From a candidate division WOR-3 bacterium (GTDB lineage Bacteria > Hydrothermota > Tepidihabitantia > Tepidihabitantales > Tepidihabitantaceae), in contig JBDRUH010000002.1 in the NCBI GenBank assembly GCA_039801225.1, forward strand, positions 285 to 64,284: 64,000 nt of DNA, given 5' to 3'. Both the position numbers and the translations under genes were made by a program. The notes beneath the pieces were generated by a model. The model was not told where the DNA came from. It saw only the letters and a program-made list of their open reading frames with translations, and searched no databases. This document shows positions 47,071-55,736 of the stretch, in pieces. Position 1 is the stretch's first letter; each line of letters opens with the position of its first letter.

Positions 47071-48846
47071 TCACTCTCTCAATAAAAGAACTTTCCTCCT
47101 TACTCTCCTGCCCTCTGCTTTAAGCATTAAAAAATAGAGACCAGACCGAGTCTTGTTGTTCTGCTCATCCCTACCATCCCAAGTAACTGTCCAAACTCCA
47201 GGTTCCTTATATTCATCCGTTAGTGTTTTGATTAATCTGCCAGAAATATCAAAGAGTTGGAGCGATACTTTCCCGGCTTCCTGTAACGAATAGCGGATTT
47301 TGGTGCCAACCCCAAAAGTAGGGCAAACCTTCAGGTTTACTTCTGAAGGTATTTGATGTTCACACCTGTTCTCTTCAACACCCACCGGTGGGGTATACTT
47401 GATTGTCAAATAATCATAATTATTGGCACTATCACTATAACCGGTAACATAGACACCACCAGAGTTGTCAAGTGCTATTGCATAGGAATAGTCGGAACCT
47501 CCTTTATCATACCTCCATTCCTTTTCTTGGGACACCACATTGCCTCTACTGTAATACTTTATAGTAGCATAGTCCATATTTGTCCCGCCCCAACTTGCTC
47601 CGGTTACATAGACATTTCTCATTGAACTGCTAACTGCTATCCCATACGCATAGTCTTTCCCCTCTGCATAATTGTATCTTGCTTCCCACTGCATCACCCC
47701 TGACGAGTTATATTTGATAGTGGCATAGTCCTCCTGTTGGTTGCCAGAACCAGTACTTACTCCGGTAACATAAATATTTCCATTCTGGTCAACCGCTATC
47801 GCCCGGGCATAGTCACTGCCATTTCCCGGTCCATTGTATCTTCTCACCCACAGTGTATCTCCGTTAGCATTATACTTGATTGTCGCATAGTCGTACATAG
47901 TGGCCGAACCTGTGCTTCCTCCGGTAACATACACATATCCAGATTTATCCACGGTTATCGCATAGGAGTAATCTTCACCATTACCAGGTCCATTATACCT
48001 TTTTACCCATAATTTCTCGCCGCTGGGTCCATACTTAATTGTCGTATAATCCAAATAAGTCCCCGAACTTTCGCTACTTCCTGTAACATACACATTTCCT
48101 AAACTGTCAACTGCTATTGCATAAGCATAATCATCGCGATGCCTCGGTCCGTCATATCTCCTCACCCAAGCAGTGTCGCCATTCGGCTTATACTTGATTG
48201 TGGCATAATCATAATAATTACCGTAACTATAACCGGTAACATAAACATTTCCTGAATCATCCACCGCTATGGCCCGGGCATAGTCATTGCCATTGGAGTA
48301 ATTATATCTTGCAACCCACTTCTGATTTCCTATTGAATCATACTTGATTGTCGCATAGTCCATATTTGAACCATTCCAACTGGAGCCGGTAACATAAACA
48401 TATCCTGAGTCATCAATTGCTATCGCACAGGCAGAATCAGCGTTATTTGCGTAATTATATCTTACTGCCCACAGTGATTCGCCCAATGTGCTATACTTTA
48501 TTGTCGCAAAGTCATAGTTGGGTGTTGAACCGCCGTAACTATACCCGGTCACATAAACATTTCCCGAACCGTCAACCACTATCGCCCGCGCCACATCCGT
48601 TCCGTTTCCCGGCCCATTGTATCTTCTCACCCAGGCGATATCATCGGCGTAGGTCGCTACCTGAGCGCTTCCCAAAATAAATAGGAGAAAAGAGAGGAAA
48701 GGGGTAAATCCAATTCCAGAAGGTTTGCCCTTTATTGGGGATTTCGTAGGGCAAGGCTTTAGCCCTGCATAATATTTCCGAATGCAAACCTTCAGGTTTG
48801 CCCTACATCGGGTGAACCGCAGTTGTTGATTTGGGTGGTAAGCCAT
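47071..48846 (-). CDS. Secreted SBBP-type beta-propeller repeat protein with T9SS C-terminal domain (start uncertain)
   Basis: About 10 repeats of the form DYA.AIAVD.SGNVYVTG.S....DYATIKY...G...W.. The C-terminus is LKVCPTFGVGTKIRYSL..LQLFDISGRLIKTL..GLYFLML. The first ~40 codons are a read-through of REP-like hairpins, and the signal peptide begins near FTPFLSFLLFILGSAQVATYA. Confidence 0.75.
   Translation of the reverse strand: MAYHPNQQLRFTRCRANLKVCIRKYYAGLKPCPTKSPIKGKPSGIGFTPFLSFLLFILGSAQVATYADDIAWVRRYNGPGNGTDVARAIVVDGSGNVYVTGYSYGGSTPNYDFATIKYSTLGESLWAVRYNYANNADSACAIAIDDSGYVYVTGSSWNGSNMDYATIKYDSIGNQKWVARYNYSNGNDYARAIAVDDSGNVYVTGYSYGNYYDYATIKYKPNGDTAWVRRYDGPRHRDDYAYAIAVDSLGNVYVTGSSESSGTYLDYTTIKYGPSGEKLWVKRYNGPGNGEDYSYAITVDKSGYVYVTGGSTGSATMYDYATIKYNANGDTLWVRRYNGPGNGSDYARAIAVDQNGNIYVTGVSTGSGNQQEDYATIKYNSSGVMQWEARYNYAEGKDYAYGIAVSSSMRNVYVTGASWGGTNMDYATIKYYSRGNVVSQEKEWRYDKGGSDYSYAIALDNSGGVYVTGYSDSANNYDYLTIKYTPPVGVEENRCEHQIPSEVNLKVCPTFGVGTKIRYSLQEAGKVSLQLFDISGRLIKTLTDEYKEPGVWTVTWDGRDEQNNKTRSGLYFLMLKAEGRRVRRKVLLLRE
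48746..48805. repeat. REP-like double-hairpin element
   Basis: GTAGGGCAAGGCTTTAGCCCTGC ... TGCAAACCTTCAGGTTTGCCCTAC has outer arms GTAGGGCAA/TTGCCCTAC and a perfect inner 7-bp stem GCAAACC-TTCA-GGTTTGC. Related copies lie at 3205..3226, 4158..4178 (approximate), 47320..47345 and 61736..61813. Confidence 0.7.
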
Positions 48847-49392
48847 TAATTACTCCTTAACAATCTTACTCAAATTGATACTGTTGAGCAAGAAATATCA
48901 TTTTTTATCCGTGATCAGCACTGGCTGGAAAAGTTAAGATACATAAGCGACATTAGCAATAGTGAGGTTTGATAAAAAGGTGGCGATTTGGGCTATTATT
49001 GCCACGCAAAAAATTCTACCTATAGGTAGAAAAATTACCACATGGTTTTTATTGGCTATCTCCTTGACTTTAAAAGTATTATAGTAATTATACAGAATTT
49101 TAGACCCCAGCCCCCAGGTAGCCCCCCACATAATCTAATAAGTTATAATTTAGGTAATCCCCAAAATTGCCTTGCTTATAGTTCTTTTTACTGTTTCCCA
49201 AAGGGTTTTGGCGGTAATTTATTAAGCGGCGCTGAATTTGATTTCAGCCGTAATTCGCTAAGTAATCTTGGAAAAAGCCCTTCAATTCACCATCCTCATT
49301 ACCCTCATCTTAACCCCACCAATTACCCCTTTTGTTATTCCACCTCTCTCGCCCTCCGTTTTCTCGCTCCGCTCGGAAGGGAGCATAGCGAG

Positions 49393-49501
49393 CCCCTCGC
49401 CCCGCCATTCCGACCGAAGTGGAGGAATCCTTTTTTTCGCTCGGGGCAGGCTCCGTGAAGCAATCCCATTACCGTAGGGGCAATTCATGAATTGCCCCTA
49501 C
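49393..49501. repeat. REP-like cluster: two GGATT(C/G)CT..-type motifs (minus orientation) plus a perfect 28-nt palindrome
   Basis: The reverse complement of 49393..49430 closely matches 52356..52393. 49431..49467 ends in GAAGCAATCCC as in copies at 3136 and 4132. 49474..49501 is GTAGGGGCAATTCATGAATTGCCCCTAC, a perfect palindrome. Confidence 0.75.
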
Positions 49502-49507
49502 TTGTTT

Positions 49508-49581
49508 GCGGAAAACCAAAATGTCGCACAGGGATTTGACTTATACAAGCACTTGACCGATAGAAAATGAAAGTTTATACT
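49508..49581 (+). promoter_or_regulatory. Third copy of the promoter-bearing repeat module, upstream of or overlapping the regulator start
   Basis: 49508..49558 (GCGGAAAACCAAAATGTCGCACAGGGATTTGACTTATACAAGCACTTGAC) aligns with the minus-strand reading of 3049..3098 and 4072..4126. TTGACC (49553), a 17-nt spacer and TATACT (49576) follow. Confidence 0.45.
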
Positions 49582-52326
49582 AAATTGATTAAAATGTTAC
49601 CCGATATTCATCAGAAAATTCAATTTCTCAAAGAACAATTAGGGACTTGCCATTCTCCAAATGAACGAATATCTCTGTTAATCAAACTGGGTGATGCGCT
49701 CAGAATTACCTCCCCTACTGAAGGAAAGAGTTATCTTGAGGAGGCGATGAAATTGGCTAATGAACTGGGGGATTTGGAGGCGGTTGCTCAGTCGGCACGA
49801 GTTTTAGCGAGCATTTACCGGGCACTCGGTGATATTGAATCCAGTTGGAACTACGCCAATCAGGTTATGAAACTGGCACAGCAAATTGGTCATCGCCGGT
49901 TAGAGGGCGCAGGAGTTTATCTCTTGGGAATGGTTTATGAAGCCAAGGGAGAGTATGAACGAGCCGGTGAGCACTATCATCAAGCCCTAAATATCTGGGA
50001 AGAGAATGGCAATGATAAAGGGGTTTACGCCGCACTGAATCAATTAGGTAATTTGGCCGGTTTGCAAGGTAGGTTCACCGAGGCAATAGGTTATTATCAG
50101 AGATGTGCTGAACTCCTAAAGAAGTCCGAGTTTGATGATTTTGCTCGTGCAACAAATTATTATAACTGGGGCTGGGTAAGCCTTCAGACTGGCAGGTGGG
50201 AAGAGGCGACGGAGAAACTTTATCGGGCGGTCGCATTAGCAGAAAAAGGCGGATATGAACATCTCAGATTAACCGCTATTAGCAGTTTAGGAGAGTTGTT
50301 TTTGAAAAGAAACCGAATTGCGCAGGCGATTGAAATGTTCCGGCGGGTAGTCGAAGCGGGACGAGAAGGAAAAGTTCTGCCCGATTTGTTGCGGGATGGG
50401 TTGATAGAATTGGGGGAAGCCCACTTTCGGCAGGAGGAGTTTGCCGCCGCTGGTAATGCTTATGAAGAGGCTTTCTCACTCTGTATGCGCGGCGGGGATA
50501 AATTTGGGCTGAGTGAACTTTACTGGCGGATGGCCGAATTGGAACTTGCCCGGGGACAGTTGAATAAATGCGAAGGGTTCTGCAGACAGGGGCTGGAGTT
50601 AACACGAAGTCTGGGAATCCGAAAGTGCGAGGCGGAGATAATGCGCGTTCAGGCACTGTTGGAAGCAGAAAGGGAGATGACCGCCGCGGCTGAGAGCTAT
50701 TTCCAAGAGGCGATTAAACTGTTAACGGATGCTCAAGAGAGTTATGAGTTTGCCCGCATTCAATTCCAGTATGGTCGTTTTCTATTGAAAGAAGGGAAAA
50801 AAGCGCAGGCGGTTGTTTTATTGAAAACTGCTGCCCGGATATTTCGTAATCTCGGGGTAGTCGCGGAAGCCGAAGAAATAAATCGTTTACTATTCCAGTT
50901 GGAGTTGGGAGCCGACCGGGATATGGCGGTGCTTTCGGCGATTTCCAGTCTCGCCACAATGGGACTGGAGCCAGCGAAATTTCTCAACCAGGCACTTAAG
51001 ATGTTATGCGAAGGTTTGGGCTGCATCGGCGCGGCACTTTTAATAAAAGGTAAAGTTGTGCTCACCGTCGGTAAAGTTAATTTGGCGACAGCCCAGTCCT
51101 TAAAGACGGAAGGCGGCAGATGGCAGACGGAAATAAGCGGGGCAAACCGATTTTTTTCTATTATGTCTGGTGGTGAGGTGCTAGGAAATGTTTACCTGGA
51201 AAGCGACAAATCAAAGACAATGGATTTCAATCCATTAGTGGTAGAAACCATCGGGGCATTAATGGCACCCTCAGTTCAGCGATTTGCCAGTTGTGACTCG
51301 GTCATTAGAGAAGAGTTAACTCTTGAAACTCCAATCCCTGGGCTCCGATTTAAAGGGGTAATAGGGAGATCGCCGGTGATGCGAAAGAATTTAGATATTA
51401 TTGCCCGAACTGCAAATTCTTCCGTCCCGGTTTTAATCCGCGGGGAAAGTGGCACCGGCAAGGAACTGGTTGCCCGCGCTTTGCATGAATCTGGTCCCCG
51501 TTCCGGTAAACCCTTTGTCGCAATCAACTGTGCGGCGGTACCAGAGACTCTCCTTGAAGCAGAATTTTTCGGGGTAGAAAAAGGAGCGGCGACCGGTGTG
51601 GTGGCAAGAAAGGGTAAGTTTGAACTGGCTGACGGTGGGACGGTATTTTTAGACGAAATTGGTGATATGAGCCTTGGCTTGCAGGCAAAACTCCTCCGGG
51701 TCCTCCAAGAGAAGGAGTTTGAGCGAGTAGGCGGGACAACTCCGATAAAGGTGGACATCCGGATTGTTGCCGCAACCAATCAGAACATTGAAAAATTAAT
51801 CGCCGATGGTAAATTCCGGCAGGACCTTTACTATCGGTTGAACGGAGTAGAAATAACCCTTCCTCCGCTCCGGGAAAGGAAAGAAGACCTGCCGGAATTT
51901 GTGCGTTACTTTATCGCCTGTGCCAATCAGGAAACAAATCGGGCTATTAAAGGGGTTGACAATGAACTGATGGAGTGCCTTCTCGCCTACAACTGGCCGG
52001 GGAATATACGCCAGTTGCAAAATGTCATATATCGGGCAGTGGTTCTTGCTGGAGGAGATGTGTTAAGAGTCGCTGACCTGCCAGTTGAGTTGCAAAATTT
52101 TGCCGATAGAATTCAGAAGGAAAAAAAGCAGGATCTGCGCACCAGTCGACGGTTAGCCCAATCCCAAGCGGCGGCTGAGGTAGAACGAGAGGCGTTAATA
52201 AGGTTTCTTGAACAAGCCGGCGGAGTTGTTACGCAAGCGGCGACGCTTGCCGGTTATAGCCGAGCACAATTTTACCGACTTCTCAAGAAACATAACATTT
52301 CACCAAAACATCGCTCTAACCGCTGA
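49567..52326 (+). CDS. Sigma-54-interaction-domain transcriptional regulator with long N-terminal TPR region and C-terminal Fis-type HTH
   Basis: 919 aa. About 450 aa form TPR-like repeats. The AAA+ core has GESGTGKELVARALH, GGTVFLDEIGDM, RIVAATN and RERKEDL. The HTH is AATLAGYSRAQFYRLLKK. The start may be the ATG at 49594 if the repeat-borne promoter is used. Confidence 0.85.
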   Translation: MKVYTKLIKMLPDIHQKIQFLKEQLGTCHSPNERISLLIKLGDALRITSPTEGKSYLEEAMKLANELGDLEAVAQSARVLASIYRALGDIESSWNYANQVMKLAQQIGHRRLEGAGVYLLGMVYEAKGEYERAGEHYHQALNIWEENGNDKGVYAALNQLGNLAGLQGRFTEAIGYYQRCAELLKKSEFDDFARATNYYNWGWVSLQTGRWEEATEKLYRAVALAEKGGYEHLRLTAISSLGELFLKRNRIAQAIEMFRRVVEAGREGKVLPDLLRDGLIELGEAHFRQEEFAAAGNAYEEAFSLCMRGGDKFGLSELYWRMAELELARGQLNKCEGFCRQGLELTRSLGIRKCEAEIMRVQALLEAEREMTAAAESYFQEAIKLLTDAQESYEFARIQFQYGRFLLKEGKKAQAVVLLKTAARIFRNLGVVAEAEEINRLLFQLELGADRDMAVLSAISSLATMGLEPAKFLNQALKMLCEGLGCIGAALLIKGKVVLTVGKVNLATAQSLKTEGGRWQTEISGANRFFSIMSGGEVLGNVYLESDKSKTMDFNPLVVETIGALMAPSVQRFASCDSVIREELTLETPIPGLRFKGVIGRSPVMRKNLDIIARTANSSVPVLIRGESGTGKELVARALHESGPRSGKPFVAINCAAVPETLLEAEFFGVEKGAATGVVARKGKFELADGGTVFLDEIGDMSLGLQAKLLRVLQEKEFERVGGTTPIKVDIRIVAATNQNIEKLIADGKFRQDLYYRLNGVEITLPPLRERKEDLPEFVRYFIACANQETNRAIKGVDNELMECLLAYNWPGNIRQLQNVIYRAVVLAGGDVLRVADLPVELQNFADRIQKEKKQDLRTSRRLAQSQAAAEVEREALIRFLEQAGGVVTQAATLAGYSRAQFYRLLKKHNISPKHRSNR

Positions 52327-52355
52327 CCGCCAACCCTGCCCCGAGCCCACGGAAA

Positions 52356-52393
52356 GGGATTCCTCGGCAAGCTCGGAATGACGGGACGAGGGG
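52356..52393 (+). repeat. REP-like motif copy
   Basis: GGGATTCCTCGGCAAGCTCGGAATGACGGGACGAGGGG is similar to the reverse complement of 49393..49430 and related to GGGATTGCTTCGCTAACGCTCGCAATGAC at 3136. Confidence 0.7.
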
Positions 52394-52453
52394 ACGACTA
52401 TCTGTTATTAGGCGAGGTGGTATTGACTTTATGAAAGTTTTTGGGTAATTTTT

Positions 52454-52891
52454 GTGGTGCTCTTCAGTCTCCTCACGCTGCTATTATTCAACACCGCACC
52501 TTCTGGCTTTCTTTCCGTTAACTCCATACCACCAGGGCTTTCGGTGTTTGTGGAAGGAGAAAGTATTGGTCGGACACCGGTTGAGCGCCAGGTTTCCCCG
52601 GGTATTTACTGGGTCACGGTGGTCTCAAATGATAGCCTCCAGCGTCTTTATCATCAATTACGAGATGCAAAACTTTTAGAGAAGCTCTCTGCCTTATGGG
52701 AACTTGCCCGGATTGACGCCGGCACCACACAGGTGGAGGTTCTGCCCGGATGCGAAACCGAGGTAATAATTGACTCCAAAGCAATGGAGAAGAATGTCTG
52801 CCGGGCGAAGTGGCTTGTTGCTGGGGGAGTAGGCGGTATTTTCGGTTTGGGATTTCTCCTCGGACTGGTGATTGGATTTGTTGCCCAATAG
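52454..52891 (+). CDS. PEGA-domain membrane-anchored protein
   Basis: GTG start and an N-terminal hydrophobic segment. The PEGA-like core is LSVNSIPPGLSVFVEGESIGRTPVERQVSPGIYWVTVV, followed by a C-terminal TM helix. Confidence 0.6.
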   Translation: MVLFSLLTLLLFNTAPSGFLSVNSIPPGLSVFVEGESIGRTPVERQVSPGIYWVTVVSNDSLQRLYHQLRDAKLLEKLSALWELARIDAGTTQVEVLPGCETEVIIDSKAMEKNVCRAKWLVAGGVGGIFGLGFLLGLVIGFVAQ

Positions 52892-53983
52892 GTGATGCGG
52901 CATTTTTTTCTTTCTAGTGCTCTCTCTTTGTTATTTCTCACTTCATTGGTCAAAGAGAAGGTGGAAAATTTCTCGCCCAAAGAGGCGCTCTACTATAAAC
53001 AGTTGGCAAATAAACAGGTTCAGTGCCAGTTGTGTCCAAGAAGATGTGTCATCGCCCAAGGAAAAAGGGGCTTCTGCCGGGTACGGGAGAATCGGAATGG
53101 CAAACTTTACTCTTTGGTCTATAGTAGACCCTGCTCAATTAATCGGGAGCCGATTGAGAAAGCGCCTTTCTTCCATTTTCTACCGGGAAGACTTAGACTC
53201 ACTTTAGCCACCGTGGGCTGTAATCAGCGGTGTAAATACTGTCAGAACTGGGAAATATCACAGCGATCTCCCGAGGAAGTGCCGAGTGAAGAGATGTCAC
53301 CGGAGGAAGTGGTAGCGCTTGCCGAAAGTTTACAATTGCCCATTATCTGTTTTACCTATACTGAACCAGTAGTTTTTTTTGAATATATGGTAGACATTGC
53401 CCGGCTGGCTCGCCAGAAAGGAATTAAAACCGCGGTGGTGTCCGGGGGTTATATCAACCCGGAGCCATTGAAGGAACTGTGCTCGGTTGTTGATGCAATT
53501 AAAATTGATTTAAAAGGTTTTACCAAAGAGTTTTATCAAGAGGTTTGCGGCTCAACGCTTGAGCCAGTTCTAAAAGCGTGTTCAACTGTTGCCGCCTCCG
53601 GTTGCCATCTGGAACTGGTGAACTTGGTTGTTCCCAAGTATAACGATGATTCGGCAACTATCCGGGCAATGTGTGTCTGGATTAAAAAGAACTTAGGTGA
53701 CACAATCCCAATTCACTTCACCCGTTTTCACCCCGATTACCGGCTTCAGAACAGCCCGCCGACACCAATCCCGACCTTGGAGCGATGTGTTGCCATTGCC
53801 CGGAAAGTAGGTTTGAAGTTTGTCTATATTGGCAATGTCCCTGGGCATAGAGATGAAAGCACCTGCTGTCCCAATTGCGGCAAGACCCTAATCAGACGTC
53901 AGGGATTTTCGGTTACCGAAAACAATATCGTCAATGGCAGATGCAAATTCTGCAAAACCCGAATTCCCGGGGTGTGGAATTGA
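52892..53983 (+). CDS. amrS: AmmeMemoRadiSam-system radical SAM enzyme
   Basis: ALYYKQL...VQCQLCPRRCVI..GKRGFCRVREN.NGKLY, EPIEKAPFFHFLPG, and the radical SAM cluster GCNQRCKYCQNWEISQ. It has an unusual hydrophobic N-terminal extension if the GTG/ATG at 52892/52895 is used. Confidence 0.85.
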   Translation: MMRHFFLSSALSLLFLTSLVKEKVENFSPKEALYYKQLANKQVQCQLCPRRCVIAQGKRGFCRVRENRNGKLYSLVYSRPCSINREPIEKAPFFHFLPGRLRLTLATVGCNQRCKYCQNWEISQRSPEEVPSEEMSPEEVVALAESLQLPIICFTYTEPVVFFEYMVDIARLARQKGIKTAVVSGGYINPEPLKELCSVVDAIKIDLKGFTKEFYQEVCGSTLEPVLKACSTVAASGCHLELVNLVVPKYNDDSATIRAMCVWIKKNLGDTIPIHFTRFHPDYRLQNSPPTPIPTLERCVAIARKVGLKFVYIGNVPGHRDESTCCPNCGKTLIRRQGFSVTENNIVNGRCKFCKTRIPGVWN

Positions 53984-55011
53984 ATAAGTCAGTTGTCTGG
54001 TTTGCCCCTCCGGAGCGGGCTCGGGAAGCGATTGGCATAATCCTGGAAAAGTCCGGGTTTTTCCAACGCACCAAGCCAAGGAAGAAAATTGGTATTAAAG
54101 TGCACTTTGGTGAGGCGGGAAATAATAACCACTTAGACCCGGAGTTTGTCCGCACTGCAGTAATCATCTGCAGCTATTACCACCTCCAGCCGGTGGTGAT
54201 TGAAACTACATCTTTATACCGGGGTAGACGCCAAAGGGCAAGTGAACATATTAAACTGGCATATGAACATGGCTTTACCCTTAAGCGGATTCTTGCCCCC
54301 ATTGAAATTCTCGATGGCGAGTATGGTGAGAAATTCTGGACGATTAAATTACCCGGTGATGAAACGGCTGATGTCCATCTTGCCCAGCGGTTGCGCTATT
54401 TCCCCTATATTATCAACCTTGCCCATTTTAAGGGACACTTCGTTACCGGATTCGGGGGTGTGATAAAGAATCTGGCAATGGGTCTGGCGGCAAAGGCGGG
54501 GAAACTGGCGATGCACTCAACATCCCAGCCCTATGTTGACGAAGATAAATGCACCAGTTGCGGCACCTGTGTTGATTACTGTCCGCACGATGCGATCAAC
54601 TTTATTCAGTATATCGCAAAAATTGGTCGTTCCTGCACCGGCTGCGGTGGCTGTCTTACTGTCTGCCCTAACGGTGCCATTAAACTTAACTGGGACGAGG
54701 CTTCTGAGTCTATCCAGAAAAAAATGGCTTACTATTGCCGGGCAGTGCTCTGGCAACGGGAGGCGATTCATTTCAACTTTGCTCTCAAAATTACCCGGAA
54801 CTGTGACTGCAACCCCAATACCGAAACACCGCTCATTCCCGACATCGGACTCTTTGCCTCCTTTGACCCGGTTGCCTGCGACCAGGCGGCATACAACTAC
54901 ACTAAAAAGACACTTGGCGACCTTTACCCCCATCTCAATCCAGAAATCCTGTTAGAGGAAGGAGCCCGTCTCGGGCTGGGCAGGCGCGAGTTTGAACTGG
55001 TGGAGTTGTGA
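53974..55011 (+). CDS. DUF362-domain protein with 2x[4Fe-4S] ferredoxin insert
   Basis: IGIKVHFGEAGNNNHLDPEFVR (DUF362-like) plus CTSCGTCVDYCP and CTGCGGCLTVCP. The track ORF starts at 53875, inside amrS. A GTG at 53974 or a TTG at 53980 is more plausible. Confidence 0.7.
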   Translation: MELNKSVVWFAPPERAREAIGIILEKSGFFQRTKPRKKIGIKVHFGEAGNNNHLDPEFVRTAVIICSYYHLQPVVIETTSLYRGRRQRASEHIKLAYEHGFTLKRILAPIEILDGEYGEKFWTIKLPGDETADVHLAQRLRYFPYIINLAHFKGHFVTGFGGVIKNLAMGLAAKAGKLAMHSTSQPYVDEDKCTSCGTCVDYCPHDAINFIQYIAKIGRSCTGCGGCLTVCPNGAIKLNWDEASESIQKKMAYYCRAVLWQREAIHFNFALKITRNCDCNPNTETPLIPDIGLFASFDPVACDQAAYNYTKKTLGDLYPHLNPEILLEEGARLGLGRREFELVEL

Positions 55012-55736
55012 TAAGGGAAACTACCATTCAACTGGCTATGTTTGAAGGACCGATTGAACTTCTCCTGTATCTTATTCGAAAGCAGGAGATTGACATCTTT
55101 GATATTCCCATTGCCCAACTCACCGACGACTACCTCTCCTTTATCCGTTCCGCCAGGATGATTGACCTGGACTTTATCAGTGATTTTTTGGTGATGGCGG
55201 CGGTTCTTTTGCGTATCAAGGTGCGTGCCCTTCTCCCTCGTCTTAAAGAAGAGGACCTTACCACCCCTCAGGTGTCTCTGGACCAAATCCTAAAAACTTA
55301 CCACCAGTTTCAAGAAGCGGCACGACTCCTGGGCAAAAAAGAAAGGGAAAGCCTTTGCCGTTTTCCCCGGCGCGGCGAATCACCCCGAACCCAATGGGCT
55401 GAAGGCGAAGAGGTGCTTCTTCTTACCCGGGCTTTCACCCGAATTCTCACTCGGCTGACTCCCCCAAGGGTCCAACTCACCCCTCGGGAGGTAAAACTGG
55501 AGGATAAAATTATCCAGTTGCGGAACCTAATTGCCCGAGAGGAGACCATAGACTTTGAAGAGGTGGTTATGAAAGAGGGAACGGTAACTATTGCGGAGCT
55601 AATCGTTTTATTTTTTGCCCTATTAGAATTGGTGCGCTTAGGTGAAATCCGGGTGGAACAGGGGGGCGAATTCGGTCCTATCCGCCTGTCTCGCAAACTT
55701 GACCGAACTCAAGAGCTCGCTAACATCAATCAGTGA
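55008..55736 (+). CDS. scpA: Segregation and condensation protein A
   Basis: FEGPIELLLYLIRKQEIDIFDIPIAQLTDDYL is the kleisin N-terminal signature. Confidence 0.88.
   Translation: MIRETTIQLAMFEGPIELLLYLIRKQEIDIFDIPIAQLTDDYLSFIRSARMIDLDFISDFLVMAAVLLRIKVRALLPRLKEEDLTTPQVSLDQILKTYHQFQEAARLLGKKERESLCRFPRRGESPRTQWAEGEEVLLLTRAFTRILTRLTPPRVQLTPREVKLEDKIIQLRNLIAREETIDFEEVVMKEGTVTIAELIVLFFALLELVRLGEIRVEQGGEFGPIRLSRKLDRTQELANINQ

Noticed and set aside
49042-49488. 138-aa, 69-aa and 68-aa ORFs in the 48.9-49.5 kb spacer
   Set aside because: They overlap one another on both strands across REP-like repeats, are Pro/Ser-rich, and have neither an RBS nor recognisable motifs.
52423-52451. TTGACT-17-TAATTT as the promoter of the PEGA gene
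   Set aside because: The -10 element ends only 2 nt before the GTG start at 52454, so the transcript would begin inside the ORF. This is not supportable without data.
53875-53973. The 5' extension of the DUF362 ORF, which overlaps amrS by 109 nt
   Set aside because: The extension is read from the amrS C-terminal region in another frame and has no homology-like features. A GTG or TTG start at 53974 or 53980 gives the family-typical N-terminus.
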